Source of the DNA: Candidatus Thorarchaeota archaeon
GTDB taxonomy: Archaea > Asgardarchaeota > Thorarchaeia > Thorarchaeales > Thorarchaeaceae
Length of the DNA stretch: 17,690 nucleotides
Assembly (NCBI GenBank): GCA_003345595.1
Contig: PRDI01000008.1
Span: 1-17,690, forward strand
Reading direction: 5' to 3'
Below the pieces are notes generated by a model, which was given only the letters and a program-made list of their open reading frames with translations, was not told where the DNA came from and did not search any database. Position numbers and translations under genes: made by a program. Positions 1 through 8,156 of the stretch are shown one piece after another (the first letter of the stretch is position 1; each line of letters starts with the position of its first letter).

Positions 1-166
1 TGGACCACATCTTCTTCCGAGCATTCTGCGGCGCGACAGTATGGCAAAGCTCATCTTTTCTCCTATGACACCCAAGTATGGCCTAACGCGACCCCGTTTC
101 TTACCAAGAAACACCTCGAAAGTGTTATAGCCTCCCACTATATTGTGTGGGTTTCGTCGTGTGTTC

Positions 167-2572
167 ATGAGTGAGGTGCAGATGCAGCTCAGCTGGAGCA
201 CAGTCGTGACCGGTTTTGTGATCAGTATGGCACTGGTAATGGGCATGATTGTCGCTATCATGAACCCCTCGTATTCAACCAGGTTCGGGCCGCCGTTTGG
301 CACCGGGAGCATCGACATCGAGTACACCTCGGAGATAAACCAGACCCTCGGCCAGTCTGTCACGAGGGAGTATTCGCCATCCGTGAGTCGCGTCGTTTTG
401 CTGAATGAAACCCCCCTCCACCAGTACCTAGGTGTCCAAGTGCCCGTATATGACTATGATGAGGTACACGTGTCCGCAACCGTGGAGGCAGTGAGCGACG
501 TTGTTGCTGCAGAACTTGTCGTCTTGATCCACTTTGCCAACTCCACATCACGACATATCGAACAGACGATAGAGAGGGGTCAGTGGACAAATCTCGTTCT
601 CACAGTTGACATGGATTCGGTAAGAAACGCATCATCCTCTTGGACGAACTACTGGCACATCGAGGTTAATCCATATGAGGATCTCATCTGGCACAATGTT
701 GCGGTATGGGCTAGTTCTTCCAAGCCATTGTCCAGAGTGATTGTGGATGTTCAGTCGACGGCGGGCGCAAGCCTGTTTCAGTACGAAATGATGAGATTTC
801 TGGCAGAGTCACCTTACTTGGACGTCGGTAGAGAGAACGAAACCAGAAGCGGGTTCTCTCTACACAAGGCCAACTGTTCGCTCTATTTGGCCCCGGGGGA
901 GATAGCGGGCCTCATAGGATGGGGCAGTGATTCCAACATCTATGATGGCCTCCCGCTGAATCTCACGATTCATGAAAACGAAACCGTTCGGTGGAACATC
1001 AGGATTCTAGCGATAAGATTGGACTTTGCAGTCAACGTAAGGTGTTCGGTAGGCTATCTCTGGGTTTATGGGTCATCGGACCCTGGTACGCATGTAGACC
1101 TCTACGATGCCCACGTTGACTTCGACAGACTTGACTCCCTCTATATGCCCCCACGCCGTTCCCTATATGTCGAAGTGCGCTGGCTTGATTTGCTCGGGGA
1201 TTATAGCAAATCGAACTACCGGGAGAGAGCAGAAGGACAAGCGGGGAACTGGTCAGCACCACTCGGCACAGAAAACATACAGATTTCTATTGAGTTCCCG
1301 GGCTGGGATGCTTATGGTTTCGCACTGAATACCGGCGATATGCTTCTGTTGAGCTCTGGATTGATGTTGATGGCTGCAGTGATAGTTCGGTCGGCCCTCC
1401 TTGTGCCTAGGAAACCGGGCGACGGACTGCGTCTGGGAAGCAGGCTAGTTCCGATCATCTTGATGCTTGGGTTGTCACTGTTTCCTTGGTATGAGTCGTC
1501 AAGAACCATATCCGACTGGTGGAACGCCGCCAACCCAATACAAGTGAACATGGTATTGTTCGGACCGATTCCTGTGATTCTAGCATCGACATCTGGCTCC
1601 CTGATGTCTTTTATTCTGCCGCAGTCTGCTCTGTACTGGGCGGCTCTTGCGTTCTTCGTGTACTGGCTGCCCCTGATCTACGCTACGGTGAGGGCGCCAG
1701 CGGCTAGTGACTGGGCTGGGAACTTGCGTAGGGTGTTCCTTCTCGCAATGCCAGCGCTCTACGCACTTGTGTTCCCGGTCGTGATGCCTCTCCCAGTCCA
1801 TCTTGAACTCGTGCCAACCCCCGTAGTCTTGCTCACGTACATCGTTCCGATAGCTTGGCTTGCCGCGGCCACTATTGCGCTACTGCTTGAACGCCACAAC
1901 ACACGAGTTCGGGCATTATCCACAGGAGGTTCTGGCAAGAGTGGGGGTTTGACTGAGCAGGTATCCAGCAAGGCTGCCCAGGCATCCGCCTCCGAATCGG
2001 ACTCATCCCGGCTTGGGGCGGTCCTGTTCACCCGAGGACTTGGCAACAGAAAGGTGAAACTGCTGCTAGTGCTCCTGCTGTTGTCGCCGACGCTCGTAGG
2101 GTTCCACTACGCATCACCTCAATATGACTGGCAGTCACAGCGCTTCGAGGTGCTCGAAGGAATCGTATGGGAGTTTCCAGCTCTTATCTATCCCCTTCCG
2201 TTCGCCTATTCTCAGGTGGCCGGCTTCGATGTCATGTGGTGGCTGTTCTCAGTCCCATACGTCTTATGCTGCTACATCGCCATCGTGTTTCTCTGGTACT
2301 GGACGAGAAGAGGCACAGGCAAGGGTTACGTCAAAGCCTCGCTCTTCCTCGCGTTCACGGTATCGGTTGCCGCGCTCGTTGTTCGCTTTCCAATCCCGAG
2401 CTACCTATCCACAGTATGGGTTCCCACACCGATATCTGTGATAGCCATCGCTATCGCCTTGGGAGTTCAAGGCTCTAGTGCTGACCATTCGCCTAGGTCA
2501 GTACTCGCTGTCAAGGGGCAAGGTGAGCCGTTGACGGTCGCTCCCGCATCGTCTGGAACCACAGATAAATGA
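167..2572 (+). CDS. Large polytopic membrane protein of unknown function (N-terminal anchor, ~350-aa likely extracellular domain, multi-TM C-terminal region)
   Basis: ORF of ~800 aa with an N-terminal hydrophobic helix (VVTGFVISMALVMGMIVAI), a beta-rich soluble region with many N-x-S/T sequons (NQT, NET, NST, NAS, NCS, NLT, NWS), then two clusters of hydrophobic helices split by a Gly/Ser-rich linker. Start uncertain: TTG 143, ATG 167, or ATG 182 (GAGGTG at 173-178). TATA-like TTATAG at 125-130. Confidence 0.8.
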   Translation: MSEVQMQLSWSTVVTGFVISMALVMGMIVAIMNPSYSTRFGPPFGTGSIDIEYTSEINQTLGQSVTREYSPSVSRVVLLNETPLHQYLGVQVPVYDYDEVHVSATVEAVSDVVAAELVVLIHFANSTSRHIEQTIERGQWTNLVLTVDMDSVRNASSSWTNYWHIEVNPYEDLIWHNVAVWASSSKPLSRVIVDVQSTAGASLFQYEMMRFLAESPYLDVGRENETRSGFSLHKANCSLYLAPGEIAGLIGWGSDSNIYDGLPLNLTIHENETVRWNIRILAIRLDFAVNVRCSVGYLWVYGSSDPGTHVDLYDAHVDFDRLDSLYMPPRRSLYVEVRWLDLLGDYSKSNYRERAEGQAGNWSAPLGTENIQISIEFPGWDAYGFALNTGDMLLLSSGLMLMAAVIVRSALLVPRKPGDGLRLGSRLVPIILMLGLSLFPWYESSRTISDWWNAANPIQVNMVLFGPIPVILASTSGSLMSFILPQSALYWAALAFFVYWLPLIYATVRAPAASDWAGNLRRVFLLAMPALYALVFPVVMPLPVHLELVPTPVVLLTYIVPIAWLAAATIALLLERHNTRVRALSTGGSGKSGGLTEQVSSKAAQASASESDSSRLGAVLFTRGLGNRKVKLLLVLLLLSPTLVGFHYASPQYDWQSQRFEVLEGIVWEFPALIYPLPFAYSQVAGFDVMWWLFSVPYVLCCYIAIVFLWYWTRRGTGKGYVKASLFLAFTVSVAALVVRFPIPSYLSTVWVPTPISVIAIAIALGVQGSSADHSPRSVLAVKGQGEPLTVAPASSGTTDK

Positions 2573-2762
2573 TGCCTCGTCAGTCTATCTATTCTGTTCC
2601 AGATTTGCCAGTCGAATTAGTGGTATGGTCTGGGTCATCATGGCTATACTTCTGGCCCACTCAGAAACCGACCTAGTCAGGAGATTTTTAAGTTCCCACT
2701 CGAGGAAGTCCAAACTGTCCAGATTCTGGCTAGCTGCCACATACCGCCCTGGAGGCGGAACA

Positions 2763-3698
2763 ATGAATCAGGCGGAAATAAGAGAAACTGCAAGAATGGT
2801 CGAGATGGCAGGTCTCTCCAGTCCGATGCTCAGAGTGTTTCAGGTCAGGAGCGATTATCTTCTCCCATCTACATATGTCATCGAGTCCCCGAGTGCTCTG
2901 AAGATTCTGCTACGACCTTGGATTGTGGGAGGGAAGCTGGCAAGCTATGCACGAAGGAGTACTGCCGAGTTTCTTCGTGTGGCGTACGGAGTTTCCGAGG
3001 AATTGAGGGACTCGCATCTTGGGACTGTAACAGAAGTCATTCCGCTTGCAGGCTCTCTCTACTATGGTGTCGCGGAAGCATTTGAATCAGTCTTTGGAGA
3101 GCCCATCAACCGCTGTTTCATTGGTGCGAAGCGTCAGCTATCACCAACAGGTTGGGTGACCGAGCTTGCCTACGAGAACTTCGAGGCTTTATCGCCTGAG
3201 TCGGTGATCTTGATAGGGGACACTATAGCAACAGGTGGGACTATCGAACGCATCTTGGACGCCACGCTGGCCCGCGGTCCAGATATACGTGCAGTGATTG
3301 TCTATTCCATTGCAGGTGGCCTGATAGGGGCGCACCGTCTGAAACAACTCGCTGAACGCTTGCATATTCCCATCTATCTCTTCTTCTCTAATGCGATATT
3401 CGGTGTCGAGTCGAATGGTACGGACATGCCTTGGCTGCATCCGGGCACCGTGGTTTCCCCTGGAATCAGAGCGAAGGCGGAGAGCACCTATGGCACTGAT
3501 TTGGGACGCCGCTGGTGTTGTGTCTGGGACTGGGGCGACCGAGCCAAGCAACCGCTGAAGCATCTCGAAATGCTGTTGGCACGTTGCGATGAGGAACTGC
3601 ATGCTAACGTGACAGAGAAGACCAAGAACGTCCTTGAGAAGGTAAGACGGGAAACTCAGAATGCTCTTGAGGAATGGAAAAAACCGCTGCAGCTCTGA
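2763..3698 (+). CDS. Type I phosphoribosyltransferase, divergent uracil-PRTase-like
   Basis: PRPP-binding loop VILIGDTIATGGT; C-terminal WDWGDR resembles the UPRT GD(A/F)GDR motif. Start moved from 2625 to ATG 2763 because GGAGG lies at 2751-2755 and TATA-like TTTTTAAG at 2685-2692. Confidence 0.7.
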   Translation: MNQAEIRETARMVEMAGLSSPMLRVFQVRSDYLLPSTYVIESPSALKILLRPWIVGGKLASYARRSTAEFLRVAYGVSEELRDSHLGTVTEVIPLAGSLYYGVAEAFESVFGEPINRCFIGAKRQLSPTGWVTELAYENFEALSPESVILIGDTIATGGTIERILDATLARGPDIRAVIVYSIAGGLIGAHRLKQLAERLHIPIYLFFSNAIFGVESNGTDMPWLHPGTVVSPGIRAKAESTYGTDLGRRWCCVWDWGDRAKQPLKHLEMLLARCDEELHANVTEKTKNVLEKVRRETQNALEEWKKPLQL

Positions 3699-3767
3699 AG
3701 CATTCTGCCAGCGGTGCAGAACACGTTGTTTAAGTCATGACCAGTAGTAGTCGGGTGGGGCAAACAG

Positions 3768-4796
3768 ATGGCACTGACTGATGAACAGAGGGAGCGATAC
3801 TCCCGGACTCTGGCTCTCCGCGACTTCGGAGAGAAAGAAATGGTGTCCGTCTTGAGAACCACGGTATCTGTGGTCGGGGCCGGCGGACTGGGCAGCCCGG
3901 CACTTCGTTTCTTGGTGGCCATGGGCTTTGGCAAGGTCCGTATCATAGACCGTGACATAGTGGAGTTGTCCAACATCCAACGACAGACCGTATACAATAC
4001 GAGTGACATCGGCCGACCAAAAGCGGAGGCAGCCGCCTCTAATCTTGCGCTCATGAACCCCGATGTGGAGTTTGAGCCGATCACAGTATCCATAGACATG
4101 AACAACGCCCAAGACCTGTTGAAGGGTTCGGACATCATCCTAGACGGTCTAGATACTGTCCAGTCAAGACGCGCTGTCAACTTCGCAAGTGTCAGACTGA
4201 AGATACCCTACGTGTTTGCGGGCGCAATCGAATACTATGCTAACATCACGACATTCCTGCCGGGGCAGACCGGGTGTCTACAATGCTTGATGGGCGATGT
4301 TCAAGACAACCCTGAGAATACGTGTCAGAGGGTCGGTGTTTCACCAACGCTCTTGCCCATGGCAGCTTCTGTAGAGGTTCAAGAGGCTGTCCTCATAGCA
4401 GTGAGTCGGCATCCTCGTCTGGCAGGACGCCTGATGGCAATAGACATGAACGACTTGGCCTTTGACTTCTTTGACATAGGGCGGGTGGAGGACTGTCCTG
4501 TATGTTCAGCCCCAACAAAGAGAACAGCAGAGAAGCACGATTCTCCATCTGTCACTATGCTCTGTTCGGGCAGCTTCAACATCTCCCCGGCGGGACCCAC
4601 TGCCATTGACACTTCTGCTGTGGCAAGACGTGCGAAACGGAAGTACAAGGCAGTCGAGCGACCGGGGTTTGTGAGAATCGAAACAGACGTCGGTGCACAG
4701 ATTACTATCATGCAGAGTGGAAATGCGATCGTGAAAGGCGTCAGTACAGCAAGCCAAGCTCTTCACTTGTATCAGGAGATGCTGAACGGGTTCTGA
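3768..4796 (+). CDS. ThiF/MoeB/HesA family E1-like adenylyltransferase with C-terminal extension
   Basis: RYSR, GAGGLG nucleotide-binding loop, DRDIVELSNIQRQ, Zn motifs CLQC and CPVC, putative catalytic Cys in NTCQRVG. The ~90-aa C-terminal domain resembles the long (~340 aa) MoeB/ThiF forms. TATA-like TTTAAG at 3729-3734. Confidence 0.93.
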   Translation: MALTDEQRERYSRTLALRDFGEKEMVSVLRTTVSVVGAGGLGSPALRFLVAMGFGKVRIIDRDIVELSNIQRQTVYNTSDIGRPKAEAAASNLALMNPDVEFEPITVSIDMNNAQDLLKGSDIILDGLDTVQSRRAVNFASVRLKIPYVFAGAIEYYANITTFLPGQTGCLQCLMGDVQDNPENTCQRVGVSPTLLPMAASVEVQEAVLIAVSRHPRLAGRLMAIDMNDLAFDFFDIGRVEDCPVCSAPTKRTAEKHDSPSVTMLCSGSFNISPAGPTAIDTSAVARRAKRKYKAVERPGFVRIETDVGAQITIMQSGNAIVKGVSTASQALHLYQEMLNGF

Positions 4797-4916
4797 TGTG
4801 GAAGACGGTATGACCTCGTCCGATGAACCGCAGACGATACTATGTCCAGAGAAAACTCGTCAGCTCTCTTTCGGAATGGGTTCGTTGGAACACGTGTTCC
4901 AAGAGCCTGTGAGGCT

Positions 4917-5918
4917 TTACCTTGAGTCTGTCGGGCTTTCACCTGTCTTGGCTTCCTGATTAGAGGCGAGTCTCCGGGCTTGGTCCACCTGCACGAGAGC
5001 CACACAGACGCCTAGCACCACCAGCCCCGCCCAATCCAAGAGCGTAGGCATTTCGCCGAGAAACCAGACGGCGAGCAGGGCAATCTGTGGCATCATAGTG
5101 CTGTTGATGATTGACATATCGATAGCTCGGAGAGTCTGCATAGCTCTGTTCCACAGCGTAAAAGCAAGGGCAGTGTTCACCACGCTCAGCCACACGATGT
5201 AGACTACCGCCATGGCCGTCAATGGCACTACTCCTTCAACGGCAAACCCTGCTGTCAAGAGGAGAACTGAGCCGATAGTCATGCTTAACCCAGTGACTAC
5301 AATTGGTGGCGAATCACGTTCTCTGTTGATTGACCTGCCCATTATCGATGACGCCGCATTTGCAAAGACTGCTACAATGACAACCAATACTCCAAAGACC
5401 TGCGAAGCATTATACTGGACTGGATACACATAGATCATTGCCCCGAGTACGCTGAGTATGATCAGGGCTACCTGACGACGAGAAGGGACCTCCCTTAGCA
5501 GGTTACTTCCAAACAATAGCACTAGTATGGGTGTCAGGTTCAGCAGCATAGACACTGTTATAGCGTCTAGGAATGCAAGCCCGACATACTGAGCCCCCTG
5601 AGTGACTGCGACAAAGACTATTCCGTATGCTACTATCATTTCCCACCATCGCCTGTTTCTGCTCCTGAGGAACGTCCGGTGTTTCGACCTGCCCAGTATT
5701 GCACCTAGGAGAATAGCTGACGCGGCTGAGTATCTGAGGCCTGAAAAGACCAATGGTGGGACGTCCTGAAGTCCGAACTTGATGAGCACCCATGAGGAGG
5801 ACCACAGGACTGTGACGAAGAGCGCCAGCATCACTGCAAATGTGTGACTGCTCTGCAGCGACTTGGCGTGTGTGATAGTCGCAGAGTCTCTTCCGACTGT
5901 AGGCCTGTTCTGAGTCAT
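4917..5918 (-). CDS. DMT superfamily (EamA) transporter
   Basis: About 10 hydrophobic helices in two EamA repeats; motifs LWSSSWVLIK, PPLVFSGLRY, LNLTP, LAFTLWN, FLGE. Confidence 0.93.
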   Translation of the reverse strand: MTQNRPTVGRDSATITHAKSLQSSHTFAVMLALFVTVLWSSSWVLIKFGLQDVPPLVFSGLRYSAASAILLGAILGRSKHRTFLRSRNRRWWEMIVAYGIVFVAVTQGAQYVGLAFLDAITVSMLLNLTPILVLLFGSNLLREVPSRRQVALIILSVLGAMIYVYPVQYNASQVFGVLVVIVAVFANAASSIMGRSINRERDSPPIVVTGLSMTIGSVLLLTAGFAVEGVVPLTAMAVVYIVWLSVVNTALAFTLWNRAMQTLRAIDMSIINSTMMPQIALLAVWFLGEMPTLLDWAGLVVLGVCVALVQVDQARRLASNQEAKTGESPTDSR

Positions 5919-6192
5919 TGATCGAATAGCACCGCTCCGGCCTTGGCCTTAACCCATCGCATGGAAACGCCGCCCACGAGCTGGGCAACGCCTGACATCT
6001 TGAATGCCGTCTTAAATAGCTCTTGACCGGGTTCGCACTTGCGGTCGACTCACACAGTCCCGATTCAAGGAGTGGCCTCGAGCATCGTGTCCCGGATTAC
6101 CAAGCACGCCTATGTCAATCATGACTCAACCTGCAGATTGCGGTCATGTCTTGAATTCCGTCGGTGAGCTATTCAAGGCAAAGTTCCTAATG

Positions 6193-6268
6193 AAAAAGAA
6201 ACAGTACCGGACTGGTCTGCAAGCAGTAGCGCTATGCGCTCTGTAGCTTCCTACAGACCGAGCCCGGT
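6193..6268 (-). terminator. Long hairpin plus U-tract downstream of the ferritin-like gene
   Basis: Stem-loop 6206-6268 whose mismatches on + become G-U pairs on -, followed on - by TGTTTCTTTTT (6203-6193). Confidence 0.6.
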
Positions 6269-6282
6269 GGGGTTACGGAGTT

Positions 6283-6699
6283 CTACTTCTGTAGCAGTGT
6301 CATGAACACGTTGTGGTGGTCCTCTTCATCTTCAAGAATGTCTTCGAAGAGTTCCCTTGTGACGTGATCCTTCTCCGCGAACGCTTTCTCAATGATCTGT
6401 CTATAGAGTGTAATGGCTTCTTCCTCGGCCTTCTTGTCTATTGCGATCATCTCTTCAGCTTCTTTGCCGACGGTTATCGTGGCGGGTACAGTCGTTGGTT
6501 CGAAACCCAAGTAGTCGACTCGGTCTGCGATGCTTTCGGCATGCTTCATCTCCTGAATTGCTATCTTCTTCAGCTCATCAGCTATAGGGAGATGGTTGAA
6601 GCCGTATATCCGCACATGCTGCCACATGTATTGGATGCTCACCTGTATCTCTCTTGAGATTCCCTTGTTCATTAGGTCAATCAGTTCCTTTGATGCCAT
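6283..6699 (-). CDS. Ferritin-like di-iron four-helix-bundle protein (bacterioferritin/rubrerythrin-like)
   Basis: Di-iron ligand pattern REIQVSIQY...EMKH...EEEAITLY...EEDH. Likely start ATG 6699 (MASKELIDL, 138 aa) with GGGATG upstream. Confidence 0.92.
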   Translation of the reverse strand: MASKELIDLMNKGISREIQVSIQYMWQHVRIYGFNHLPIADELKKIAIQEMKHAESIADRVDYLGFEPTTVPATITVGKEAEEMIAIDKKAEEEAITLYRQIIEKAFAEKDHVTRELFEDILEDEEDHHNVFMTLLQK

Positions 6700-6752
6700 A
6701 ATCGTCATCCCCGGACTAGACTGTGTCCAGCCCATCGTGGAATACAGGTCCC

Positions 6753-6847
6753 TTATTAATTGTACAGCAGTGACATTTCCGAAAATACGAACGCAGGCAT
6801 CGCAGGTGTACGTGACATCACCGAGTACTCAAAAACAACGTTATATA
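6753..6847. promoter_or_regulatory. Divergent archaeal promoters for the ferritin-like and HEAT-repeat genes
   Basis: ATTAATAA on - at 6760-6753; TTATATA on + at 6841-6847 preceded by an A-rich BRE-like stretch, ~35-45 nt before the HEAT gene start. Confidence 0.55.
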
Positions 6848-6878
6848 CGAAACGGACGTTTCTCTCCAGTATTCTGAG

Positions 6879-8102
6879 TTGAATGAGATGCCTCCAGCCG
6901 AGATTGTCGATATGATTCTCAAGAAACAAGCGGGCCGGCTGAGAGATGTGATTGAAGAGGGTCTCGCTGGCAACAGTGTCCTTGAGCTTGTTGGCCATCT
7001 TCGGAAACTATCGCTGACACAGCAGTTTCAATCGCGGTGGGGCCTATTCAGGCAAGCAATATTCGATGCTCTCGACATCTCCGACCTACGAGGACTGGAT
7101 AGAAACCCCTTGGACATCATCGATGGGATGGGACGTCTCAAGACTAATCGAGGAATCGCGTCCGCAAGGGCGATTGCAGTCCGTCTTCTTCGTGAACAGG
7201 TTTCCAGTGGGAATACGTTCTTCTTGGATGTGACCTCTCTTGAAAGGTCATCTGCAGCTGTTCTGATTCCCGACATTCTCGAAACCAGACGTGTTGAGAT
7301 CGAGCGCACTTGCAGGGGCTCCATTGATGCTTGCTCACTCGCCTCCACATACTATGGCTTCGTATTCATGACCTCTACCATTAGAGACAGGTTGCCCGAC
7401 ACGGGATTCGAGAGGTTTCTAAGCGGCCTAGGGGTTGATAGTGCCAACATATCGTGCGAAACATGCAGCAATCTCGACCCGGCCCAAGTTTCCTTCACAA
7501 ACACATCAGGACAGGGCGCCGAGCTGCTGAGGGCTATTCTTACTCTCACAGGTAAGAACTCGACTGAGCGTGCTGCTGCAGCTGAAGAGCTGGGGAGAAT
7601 CGATGACCCGAGAGCTGAGCCCTATCTGGGTGCGGCCGTGAAGGACCAGTATTCCTGGGTGCGAAAGGCAGCCGTCACTGCACTTGGTCAGATTGCATTG
7701 CCCAGTAGTGCGCGAGTGCTCGCTGAAGCACTGAATGATTTCGACTCCTGCGTCCAAACCGAGGCCGTACAGAGCCTGATTATAATCGGGCATGATGCAG
7801 TGCCTGTCCTCATTGACCTGCTTTCTCATGAGCGTCGAGTTGGGTATGCCGATGCGCTTCAAGCTGTTGAGGTATCTCACCCTAGGTCGCTAGACAGTTT
7901 TGAGGCCGCACTGGCGCAGAGAGGAAGGGTGGCAAGGAAACTGGCTGCTGAAGCCCTTGGGCTGATTGGGGACGTTCGAGCAATCCCTACTCTCACTCGT
8001 GCAAGTCTTGACTTGGACGAGGAATTGAGAGTAGCTGCTTCAGACGCTCTCAAGGCGATGGCGCCGGGCATTTCCGAACCGCGGTTGACGGGTTCCTCCT
8101 AG
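6879..8102 (+). CDS. HEAT (PBS-lyase-like) repeat protein with uncharacterised N-terminal domain
   Basis: C-terminal repeats ERAAAAEELGRIDDPRAEPYL, VRKAAVTALGQI, VQTEAVQSLIIIGHDAVPVL, ARKLAAEALGLIGDVRAIPTL, LRVAASDAL. Start TTG 6879 or ATG 6888. Confidence 0.85.
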   Translation: MNEMPPAEIVDMILKKQAGRLRDVIEEGLAGNSVLELVGHLRKLSLTQQFQSRWGLFRQAIFDALDISDLRGLDRNPLDIIDGMGRLKTNRGIASARAIAVRLLREQVSSGNTFFLDVTSLERSSAAVLIPDILETRRVEIERTCRGSIDACSLASTYYGFVFMTSTIRDRLPDTGFERFLSGLGVDSANISCETCSNLDPAQVSFTNTSGQGAELLRAILTLTGKNSTERAAAAEELGRIDDPRAEPYLGAAVKDQYSWVRKAAVTALGQIALPSSARVLAEALNDFDSCVQTEAVQSLIIIGHDAVPVLIDLLSHERRVGYADALQAVEVSHPRSLDSFEAALAQRGRVARKLAAEALGLIGDVRAIPTLTRASLDLDEELRVAASDALKAMAPGISEPRLTGSS

Positions 8103-8156
8103 CATCTGCACATACTCCCTAGTAGATGATGCCAGAGTGACTACACCATCTATGGA

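Noticed and set aside
1-54. Possible 5' end of a minus-strand gene (ATG 54 with AGGAG upstream)
   Set aside because: Only 18 codons are visible and show no recognisable motif; cannot be supported from this window.
2625-2762. N-terminal extension of the PRTase ORF given in the track
   Set aside because: Contains a TATA-like box and an RBS that point to ATG 2763.
6232-6285. Pyrrolysine read-through of the ferritin-like TAG (hairpin follows the stop)
   Set aside because: The domain is complete at the stop, and read-through meets another TAG after 16 non-informative codons.
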